Of a stretch of DNA of 64,000 nucleotides, positions 51,468 through 64,000 are shown in pieces. Origin of the DNA: Paraspadella gotoi (taxonomy: Eukaryota > Animalia > Chaetognatha); the NCBI GenBank assembly GCA_051294375.1, contig CM119263.1:8025935-8089934 (forward strand). The letters are read 5' to 3'. Numbering within the stretch: position 1 is the first letter of the stretch; each line of letters begins with the position of its first letter. Made by a program: the position numbers and the translations under genes. The notes beneath the pieces were generated by a model. The model had not been told where the DNA came from. It ran no database searches and saw only the letters and a program-made list of their open reading frames with translations.

Positions 51468-52990
51468 TCCGTCCAGAAACTGGAAGAGGCTTTGGAAGAA
51501 GGAAAGAAAGAAGGAAGGAGGAGGAAGAGGAAGAAGGAGTCCCCTTCTGGGAAATGATTCGCGCACTGAGAGGAAACGACATGGGCCTATCCCATATAAG
51601 AAAACTGAGGTGGAGGAAAGGGAGGAAATATGTGCGGGGAGGAAAAGGAGGAAATGTGAGAGGAAAGAAGGAGAAAATAGAGGAAATATGCCAGGAGGAA
51701 TAAGAAGAAATATGCGAGGGAGAGAAAAGAGTATGGATGAGAGGAGTGAATAAGTGTTAAAGTGAAAGAGAATAAAGAAAAAAAAGACGAACAAAAGGAC
51801 ATGAAGGAATAATTAAAAAAAAAAAAAGAATGACATGGGGCTCATTCAAGAACTGGGACGGGTTAAAAGAGAGAAAAACTGCATTCTTGCATAGAAAAAA
51901 CAAAAGACAAAGAGAAGCGGAGAAAAGAAAATGGGGTTGAGCTCAAGCAAGAAAAAAAACTCAGGGTGGAGAATGAGGTTCAATTGGGGTGAGGTCGAGG
52001 AAAGGAATGGAAGACGCGGGAGGAAAAAAAAAGGATGACCTGCGCCTCCCAATTACCGATAAAAAGTGGAGGAAGGAGGAAGAAGAAGAAAAGGAAGACC
52101 AGAACGATGGAAATGGAACGATGGCGAAATGGCGGGAAAAGGAGACAACATCGAATCTGCTAAAAAAAAGGATAAACTTTGCAAACTTTTTGGACAACGA
52201 ATGAAAGATAAGATTTTGAGATTGCGAGAAAGAGAAGGAAAGGTAAGGACAGGTAAGGACAGGAAAGGGATTTTAAGATTGAAAGTTGATTCAAATTTTT
52301 TTCCTCCGTTTAAACTCCAACGTTAACCTTTGAATAATTTACGAAATTTAAAAATTTAAAAATTTACCTTTGAATAATTTACGAAATTTAAAAACAAAAT
52401 TTAGAAAGAAAGAAAACGAAAGAAATAATTCAAAAGAGGGAAATAAAGAAAAATTAAACGAAAGAAAAATTTAAATTAAATTAAATTAATTAAATTAAAA
52501 ATAAAAAAAAGAAAAATTAAACGATTGTAATTAATAATAAAAAAAACAAGGAAAACGGAAACGAAGAAAAAGGAAACATTGCGACATAATAAAAATAAAC
52601 TAATAAACTAGAAAAACAAACAACGACGGAGACCAACCAATGTTATTCAGCATATATACGTAAATATGTATTTTAAATTAATCAACCAACAAAAATGTAA
52701 CCTTCGTGAATGGCTTTACAAACTCAGACTGTTAATTGGAGAAAGAATCAAATCAAATCCCTTTTCACTGATCGAACGACGCTCAATTAACGTCGCGATT
52801 TCTGCTGGTTCATCGTCGTCGTTGTTGTTGTTGTAGTTATTCAATATATTCAGGGCGTTGAAACATTTTTTTAAAAAATAAAAAAATCTTTCTTTTCAAA
52901 ATCCTAAACGCATCTAATTTTCAAAGTGTTATTGCAAACAAAGAATTGTTTTTTTTTTTGTTTTTTTTAATTCAAACCAACATAAACAAA

Positions 52991-55194
<2,204 letters not shown>

Positions 55195-55845
55195 CGACGA
55201 AGGGGCGTCTCACAGCCGAAAAATGGTATCATGTCACGTCACATTTGCAGAACCCAGGATTAATCGTCGAAGCGGTGCAACAATGTTTGGAAGAAAATGG
55301 GCTTCGAATCAGTCAATCAATCATTCTTTTAAGTATTTGACTAAGACTAGCTTTTGTCCGGAAAAAAAATTGGCAATTTTATTGTCGTCATCTTTATTCT
55401 ATACTAAATCCTATCAATTTTTGTAAACACTACCCCAAAATAATGAGAAAACAAAAAAACGAACAAAAGTCGGTTGGATGCGAATATATTGAGTATGCAA
55501 GGCCAATTTCAAAATCTTATCTTTCCATTTACCCTCTTTGGTAAAGATTGTAATTTGTTGTCCAATTAATTTTCAAATTGAACAAGCAAGAAAGTGGTTA
55601 TCATAATTGAAATATTGTCGAACGATAAACATTTTCGTTACGAAAGAACCGTGTTAATTTTGTTTACGAAGAATCTCATGAACGTTTTCCAATCTTTCTG
55701 TATAAACTTGTCTCGTTTGGCAGAATTGAAACTTCTCAGCAGAGAAAGAAATAGAATTGATTTGCTCCATTAAACTGTTGCAATCCATCGAACCAGCTCC
55801 ACCCAACGAGATGCGACGCCGGGAAAGGAATGAGTCTCGCATTCC

Positions 55846-58308
55846 CTACTTTTTCTTCCGTTTGCCGCTAGACGTTTTGGTGGCGGGAGGCGCGGGCGGT
55901 GGCGGCGTGGATGCGGCGGCGGCGGCCGCCGCAATCCTGGCGCTCTCTCCTCTGCTCGCGCTCTCCCGCTTCCGGCGTGGCGGCGGCGGAACCGCCTCCT
56001 CCTCCCGCTCATCTTCCTCCTCTTCCTCCTCCTCTTCCTCGTCCCCGGGATCCGTCGCGTTGTCCTGGAAAAAGAATTATGAGTCATTAATGAAAAGAAT
56101 CGGGAAAAACAAAAGACACTTATTCATCCCCCTGGACAAGGCGGCACGGAGACGTTGGACAAAGATTGGAACTCAAATCAGGGACTGCGGGATGAAATGG
56201 GAGAAGGGGAAAGAGACGGACAGGGTTTGACACGGTTGTCAAGAAGATAACTTGACAATGATGTCATGGATCATTAATTATGTCGAGGGTCAATAACAGT
56301 GTATTAAACAAAGAATGGAAGGAAGAGGGCAAGAGAGAAAAGCCTCTTTCAGCGAAGAAAGAAAGCTTTTGTATTTGAAGCAATGTATTGGCAATGGAAT
56401 AACAATTGCAAGGGGAATAACGTATCGCGTCGGAAGAAAGCAAAGAGAGAAAAAAAGAAAATATCTCGAAAAATCAGGACTCGGCTGCGTGACAAAGCAG
56501 CAGAAGGACAAAGGGTTGTTCAAAGAGAATAGCGTTAGCTTCGGCAACTCTAAAACAGTGTATTGACCTAATATTGAAAAAAAATAAAACAAAACAAAAA
56601 AGTTAATTAAATCTGAATCGAGCCACATTTATCAAAAGCTCCTCGTTCAGAGTTTTTTTTCTTCGGTGGGACATCATTTCTGAGACGAAGAAAAATCTAA
56701 GAAAAGTCCAGAAATGAAATTAAATGAACGAAAAAATGAATTCCTATTCGCGATAAATTTGAATATGAATAAATTTGGGCCCCATTTCTCTTCATGACAA
56801 ACTATATACATTTCAGACGTGGAGAAAGTTATTTGGGATACCTCGTCGTCGTCCCGCTCCGTATTTAACGCAGCCACGGTCGTCGTCGTCGTAGTCGTCG
56901 TTTTCTTTTTCTTCTTCTTCTTTTTCTTTTTCTCCGCGGGGTTTTCGTCGCTCGTTTCGCGATTGGAAACGCGTTTCATTTGACCTTTAATCAATTAATT
57001 AAACTATATTCTAGCTCGATACAAAAATTAACAATATAAAAAGTATCAATTGATATCATAGAAAATAAATGAATTGGCGACACATCCTCGGCGCCGCCCA
57101 GTCCCTTCTCCTTCAACTCACCCTTCACATCCTTGGCGCCGTTTTTTCCCGAGGTCGGCGCGATTTTTCCCGCGGCGCCTTTTCCGAGAGAGGCGCCGGC
57201 GTCGTCGTCGACGCCTTTGAAGTCGGTGGGTTTGGCGGCGCGGTGTCGACTTCGCTTCTCTTCCTCTTGAAGTTTTCGCGCGAGTGTCTCGTCGTCGACC
57301 TGGTTGGATCACAAACGAGGCTTCGTTTTTTTACAGTTCAGATCGGATAGAATTCGCCGAGGATTCTCTCATTGGACCAATCACCATCGGAACGGACCAA
57401 TGAGAAGAAGTGCTTCTTGCCATTCATTTAATAAATAAGCTATCTTGCCCCTGACTTTGGACAGGCTTTGGTGGTATAAGGTTTCCATCACTCTTACAAG
57501 ATAATGACATAGCAGGTCAGCTAAGTATTATTTAGTACATTCTTCATATAAAATCGAATTTGAGTAGGAACTTCGGTGATTCGGCTATCAGTAGGTACGT
57601 TATTACCACAACTAATATCTTCATCAACTATTTGGTTTAAAAATTATTAATTTTAATGACATCGTTGTGGACACAAGAAACTTGTTGCGTCCACATCGTA
57701 TCAATTATATATTTATATATATATCAAAAGTTATATATTTTGGTTATCCGTAAGTCACTCACGCCCTGTATTTCTTCTTTCCGCTTATTTACGTCATTTT
57801 TGTTCGTCTTCGCCACTTTCCAGCTGCTTGCCGAGGCGGCTGCAGCGCCGGTGGCGACTGCTGAGGCGGAGGCTGGGGTCGAACTGCCGAGGGAGACGGA
57901 GAGGGAAGCGACAACGGTGGGGGCGGCAGCAGCCGAGGCCGCGGGGGTTGCGGAGGTGACGGCGGGGGTAGAGGGAGCGGCGGTGGCGCTGCTGTTGTTG
58001 CTGCTACTGCTGCTGCTGCTGGAACTGGTCGTGCTTTGGTTGGTTCCGCTGCTGTAGCTTTTGCTGCTTTTGACGTCGTCGTTTTCGGTCTCCGTCTCTG
58101 CGTCGTCGTCGCCTTCGACTGGAATTATTAGTAAAATATAATTAAATAGTAGAATTAATACTAAACAGTACACTGAGTACAGTAATTAATGAATAAACAG
58201 TCTTTATTTATGTTATGGAATCAGTGCATTAAATCCTTTTAGCAGGATCATTTTTCAAGGCCAGCAATTTACAAAAATTATCAGGTAGAAATGAGATATC
58301 GTGAAGTG

Positions 58309-58386
<78 letters not shown>

Positions 58387-59627
58387 AGAAGAGAGAGAGA
58401 GAGAGAGGAAGGTGCCTGCGAAGTTCTTCACACTTAGAATACAGTAAAAACGAATTTAATTACCGTATAGTATATATATTCCAAGCTCATAGTGAACTTA
58501 TTTTATGAACATACTAAGAAATATTAGTTTCTAGAAGCTCATAATAATAATTCAAATTGTTACTTGAAATTTACGAACCAAATGCGTACATTATTTTCTC
58601 AGTAACAAATCCCGGAATTAGGATAAAATGCCGAATCGACCCAATTGGCCAAATACTAAAAATCCACAACTAACCCGAGTCCACATTGTGAGTTATCGAC
58701 ATGTGATACCCAGGCCAATGGGGATTTTACCAACTGGTGTAATGGTTGCGGACCTTCAGTGATCACCTCCTTTCTACTGGTGTGTGTAAACTGGTCGTGT
58801 CAAATTTTAACTAGAATTAGGATTAACAGAGATTTAAACCAAGGATGCACAGTGGAGACGAGCTGATTTAGCCATTAGGATGAGAAAGATATACAAAAGC
58901 TCATAATAATAACTCAAAACTCGATTAGCCTCTAATTGGCCAAATACTAAAAATCCACGACTAACCCGATTCCGCGTTGGGAGCGACCGACGGTCGACCG
59001 ACTTCCGTCGGCAAAGGAGCCGACAACGGGGGCGCGATGTTCGAAGGATGAGCGGTGATTGAAGGAGGGGCGCCGAAGGAGGCGCAGACGGCGGCGGCGG
59101 AGGCGGCGGCGGATTGAGAAGTGAGAGAGGAATGGGGAGAGGCGGAGGAAATGGTTGGGGTGGAGGACAGAGAAAGGGCCGAGGAGGAATGACCGAGAGT
59201 GGGAGTGGCGACGGCGGTGACGTTGGCGCTAGAGTTCGACAGGGGCGCGGAGATGGAGGAGGCTGCGGCAGCGGCAGCGGCTGCGGCGGAGACGTGGGCG
59301 ATCGATTCCCGATTCTCGACGATCTTCGTCTTCGGCGTTTTGACTTTGTGTTGCTTCGGAGATTTCGTCGTCGTCGTCGTCGTCGTCGTCAGCGACGTTA
59401 ATTGATTAGACGCGACGGACGAGTGGAGCAACGGCATTTGTGGCGTTAGCGTCGGCGGAGCTGATGTCGCCGCCGACGGCGCTGAAGACGCAGTCACTGT
59501 TTCGGGAATCGTCGTCGCCGTTGTCGCTTTCGTCGTCAGCGTCATAACCGACGGAGCAGTCGTGACGCCTCCCGTCGAAGGGACGAACGACGCCGGGGTA
59601 GAGATCGACGCCGCCGCCGACGCCGCC

Positions 59628-59660
<33 letters not shown>

Positions 59661-62310
59661 GCCGAAACCTTGGGACTGAGATTCTGTTTCTTCTTCTTCT
59701 TCGGCGTCGCTTGAATCGGAGTCGTAGACGCCGGCGCCGAGGAAATCGGCGTCGCCGAGACCGGCGTCACGATTCCGCCAATAACGCCGCTTTGGACGGC
59801 GCCGCCCGTCGTTAAGACGACGCCGACTCCGCCAGGGATGTTCGGTGACGCCACGACCGGCGCCGACGATGCCGGCGTCAAGTTTGAAGTCATGATGATT
59901 TGCTGTGTCTGTTGCGGGTGTTGTTGTTGTTGTTGGGTTTGTTGTTGTTGTTGTTGCTGTTGCTGTTGCTGTTGAAGCGCTGCCGATTTGTTGTGAGCCA
60001 ATTTGGGACTCGAACCCGTTCGTGATTTTTTCTTTGGTGAAGGCTAAAAGGGGAAGGGGGGGCGTTAAGGAGGAAAGACAAGAGAAAATAAGGAAAAAAA
60101 GAAAAAAGAAAGAAAGAAATAGCAAAAGAATGAAAAAAAGAATAAGAAAGAGACAAATCGGGAAAGAATAAAAGGGAAAAAGGAGGGAAAAACGATTGAA
60201 AGAAAGAAAGAAGAACAAAAAATAAAGAAAGTAGCAGAATTGCTGAAGAAAGAAAGAAATAACCAATCCACAACAACAACAAGAACATTTCATTCTTTGC
60301 CTTCGCGCCGTCGTTCTCTTCCTCCGACTCTTGCTCCCCGAAATCGTAAACGTTCGCGTTTGCCTCCGTCACTTGCTGCATCAATGGCTGCTGCTGCTGT
60401 AATTGTTGCTGCAAAGCCTGTTGTTGGGCCGCTTGTTGCTGCAGGTGAAGTTGAAGCAGCTGTTGAGATTGCTGTTGAATCGTTTGAAGTTGGGCTTCGT
60501 TGAGTCCTTAAGACAAAAAGGAAAGTTTTAACCTTTTTTTTCCCGCAATGGAGATGCCGGTCGTACAATAACTGGCGTCACCTGGTAGATGCTGTCGAAG
60601 CTGATCGGCGGTGACGCCAGGAGGAATCTGGATGATCTGCTGTTGGCCGCCGACGTTGGTGGTGATGAGATGACCCGAGGGCAATGCTACAGTTTGAGGT
60701 GGACCTGGCATTGTTTGACTTCCTGATGATCAAACCGTTGGAATTCGTTTTACGGTATAAACCGATATTTTTGGTTCCCAGATTCTTTTGTTTAAACGGT
60801 GAAGTGTAACAATGGAAGAATCACAGGACATTGGAACAGATTTTAAAAAATACAATCGGTTTTACCTTGGCCAGAAAAGATAACTCCATGAATATTATTG
60901 TAAAAAAAATTAAAATTATGTATAAATTATGCACTCTAACCAATCAATTATGAACGAATAAAAAATAACAAACAATCAATCAATCAGTTTATAATGCAAA
61001 CAAATAATCGAAATATCCATCAATCAACCATTCAACCAATCAGTTTTCAAATCCAATCCAATGAAAGAAATGGAACAACATGTCCCTTACCGGCGCCGGG
61101 AACTTGAATAGACATGGTCCTTCCGTTGGGTGGCGCCGCCATTAGCACCGGCGCGGTCGGTAGAATGGTCGCCGTGGGAGCTCCGACGCCCATTGAGCCA
61201 ATCACGGCGCCGCTTTGAACTACGCCGCCCTGAACAACGCCGCCTTGAACAACGCCGCCTTGTACGACGCCGGTAGTTTGCGCGGGAATAGCGCCGGCGG
61301 CGATCATCGACGCCGTGGTTGTTTGAGAAGCCAACGCCGTTTGACCTTTATAGATATTTAAACAAGTCTCGTCAGAACAAGTCTTGTCACGTGACGCAAA
61401 TATCCCTTGTCTCACCCGTCTGCCCGGCGTCGGCCGCGACGCCGTAAACAATATTGGCGGCGCCGGCGGCAGCGGCGTCTGCGGCCACGCCGTAGACGAT
61501 GTTGGTTCTTCCGCCGACGGTCGCCGCCATCGGCGTCAAAGCCGCGGCCGATGCCGACGACGCCGTCACGTAGGCTACGGTGGGCGTGGCGACGGCGCCG
61601 GCGCCGGCGCCGCCCACAACGTCGTCTTCGTCGTCGTCGTCTTCCTCCGTCGACTTCTTCTTCTTCCTCTTTCGTCGAAAGTCCGCCTCCCAATCGGGAC
61701 TCGGGAAAGTGATCGGGTTGGGAGTTGTTTTCAGCGGATTGGCTGATGAGGGTAAGAAAAGGTAAGTAATTCATTTTTATGTGTTTTTATGGTTTTTTTG
61801 GTTCTTGTCGATCAACAATATGAATAAATGACCCGCGAAAATTATTTTCGTATAAAATCATCATCGCTGGCAAATAGTAAATATACGCCTCTGAATATAA
61901 AAGGATTTCAATAAACTTGACAATCTCTACAATCTACATATTAACCAGAATTAACCATTCTCACCAGCTCTCTCCTCTGCATTGCTTGATGGATATCAAT
62001 ACAATCTCATCGATCTCCTCTTTCCTAACTCCCATGTCCAGTTGATACTTTTCTTCCAATAGTTGGCGAATTTTTCTCGACGTCAAAATGTTGAGGTCCG
62101 CTCCCGACACCATATCTGCAATATATAAAAACAAAAAATTTTTGAACTTGTAAATAGCATATATACCGGTTTATAAATACAAAAAGGAAGGAAAAGTCAA
62201 TAAAGTAGTTTTTTTATACACAGGTTTAAAACGAGATGTTTGTCACCCATTTTACCTTTGATTGATCTCTCCAGTTCTGCCCTTGATATCTCGTCAGGAG
62301 TGTCCGCCAT
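55846..62310 (-). CDS. DEK_C-domain protein (UAF30/spp27-like N-terminus) with long Q/A/S/T low-complexity region and basic NLS-like tracts
   Basis: ATG 62310 MADTPDEISRAELERSIK|DMVSGADLNILTSRKIRQxLEEKYQLDMGVRKEEIDEIV (DEK_C). Further exons ~61416-61743, 61091-61345, 60582-60722, 60301-60507, 58966-60043, 57763-58119, 57122-57299 (DDETLARKLQEEE), 56842-56983 and 55846-56065 (ends GKRKKK*). Confidence 0.8.
58702..58884 (-). mobile_element. Diverged copy of the SINE at 12780-12995
   Basis: Colinear similarity: tgtgatacc...accaactgg...gcggacc.tcagtga...gatttagcc. Confidence 0.6.
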
Positions 62311-62439
62311 TCTTTGTCATAAAATAACAAAACATAGACGAAATTAACTATATCGATTTTCTTCAGCATTAGGCCATTTGGAAAGCATAAGATGTTCTTC
62401 TGTTTTCTCGTTGTGTATCGTGAAGCGACGTCTGCTATG

Positions 62440-63187
62440 TTAGGCCTGAAATTCGATGATAAACAAAAGATATAAGATTTTTTAAATACTGATGTAATAT
62501 TAAACCTCTATTCTACGTTTGTGATGTCGATACTAGAATATAGTATGTCTTGTTATTGTATCATGTCCAAAGCTCTTTGAAAAAACTTGAAATTATTGAA
62601 TATCGTTTTTTTGAAAAGATTCTTTGTATCCCTAGAGCGAGTGCTAATGAATTAGCCTTAAGACTTAGTCGGTCTAGAACCATTAGAATTAGAATTAGAA
62701 AAAGGGCAAAAATACAAATGGGCAAATTAATGGATAATACGCCCCTATTACCGAAGTATATCGGTGATATGAATAACTATCGTAGTAACAATAGAGTGAT
62801 TTGTCCAATCGAGTATTTAGCGGAGACAATTTAAAAGTTTGTTTTTGTTTTTTTTTAGAAACATTTTTGTAAGATTTAAACACATTTTGGTATTATATAT
62901 ATAGAGGTTACCATTTATCTTCGAATTCACAAGGGAAAAGATTGATGTATTATTGGATGATAAGTAAAAGCTAATTTTGTTTCCTCACTGTGACGGTATC
63001 ATTACGCATGGACATATTGAATTAATATCCTTTCTGAAATTTGCCTTCTATTGACAGTTGGAGAAGTTGAATCTGTACTATTCTGTTTTGTACTGTGATT
63101 ATTTGTATTGATGTGACTTTTTGTATTACTTCGACCCATGGCCTCTCCGGCCCGTCCAATGAATAAAACCTATTAAACCTATTAAAA
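62440..63187 (+). mobile_element. 5'-truncated, decayed non-LTR retrotransposon (LINE) remnant
   Basis: LGLKFDDK resembles the RT YLGxxFDxKL motif. LYSTFVMSILEYS and KKLEIIEYRFFEKILCIP resemble the post-RT region, with a frameshift and stop. The 3' end has AATAAA plus a CCTATTAAA short-repeat tail. Confidence 0.6.
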
Positions 63188-63430
63188 CTTTTTTTCTCAT
63201 TTTTAGAAAAAATTTAAATTATGATATACAAAAGAACAATTAGATGTTTAGCAGTATTAATTTTGGTGACCCAACCCTTTGGACATTATATTATTAAGAT
63301 TTAGCTCGAACCGTAACAGGAAAATGACTGAGAATGATAAATTTATTAAATATGTCTAAAAATATTTACGCGTGATCTAGTTAAGTTTATCATTATTCCT
63401 CAGATGTTTTGATAAGCACANNNNNNNNNN

Positions 63431-64000
63431 TAAACTTGACAATATCTACAAACTACATATTAACCAGAATTAACCATTCTCACCAGCTCTCTCCTTCTGC
63501 AATTGCTTGATGGATATCAATACAATCTCATCGATCTCCTCTTTCCTAACTCCCATGTCCAGTTGATACTTTTCTTCCAAATGTTGGCGAATTTTTCTCG
63601 ACGTCAAAATGTTGAGGTCCGCTCCCGACACCATATCTGCAATATATAAAAACAAAAAATTTTTGAACTTGTAAATAGCATATATACCGGTTTATAAATA
63701 CAAAAAGGAAGGAAAAGTCAATAAAGTAGTTTTTTATACACAGGTTTAAAACGAGATGTTTGTCACCCATTTTACCTTTGATTGATCTCTCCAGTTCTGC
63801 CCTTGATATCTCGTCAGGAGTGTCCGCCATTCTTTGTCATAAAATAACAAAACATAGACGAAATTAACTATATCGATTTTCTTCAGCATTAGGCCATTTG
63901 GAAAGCATAAGATGTTCTTCTGTTTCTCGTTGTGTATCGTGAAGCGACGTCTGCTATGTTAGGCCTGAAATTCGATGATAAACAAAAGATATAAGATTTT
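63431..64000 (-). other. Near-identical duplicate of 61911-62480 (first two exons of the DEK_C gene) starting right after an N gap
   Basis: Direct repeat differing by a few single-base changes. This copy keeps the reading frame (KQLQKERA) where the first does not. Confidence 0.85.

Overview
Eukaryotic (invertebrate metazoan, probably bilaterian) genomic DNA with compact genes. Exons are GC-rich, GT-AG introns are short and AT-rich, microsatellites are abundant and there are several N gaps. Genes reconstructed by manual splicing, in order: a class B1 (CRF/DH44-receptor-like) GPCR (+), SQSTM1/p62 (+), an S1A serine protease (-), an SLC16/MCT transporter (-), a NELL-family vWC/EGF protein (-) with an intronless, frameshifted SLC35G/EamA gene nested antisense in one intron, a small vWA-TM receptor with an integrin-beta-like tail (+), and a DEK_C-domain low-complexity nuclear protein (-). 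A tRNA-derived SINE family and a LINE remnant are also present. About 18.7-30.6 kb is a noisy fold-back/duplicated segment, most likely an assembly artefact. The most notable observations are (1) a 54-bp array in p62 intron 1 that reads as eight in-frame 9-nt micro-exons separated by 44-46-nt introns, (2) a single-chain vWA(MIDAS)-TM protein with an NPLY...VTT integrin-beta-type tail, and (3) a NELL gene with a 3.5-kb open first exon in place of the TSPN/LamG domain and an RS-rich insertion inside an EGF module. Exon boundaries were read by eye and are approximate, and no database searches were run.
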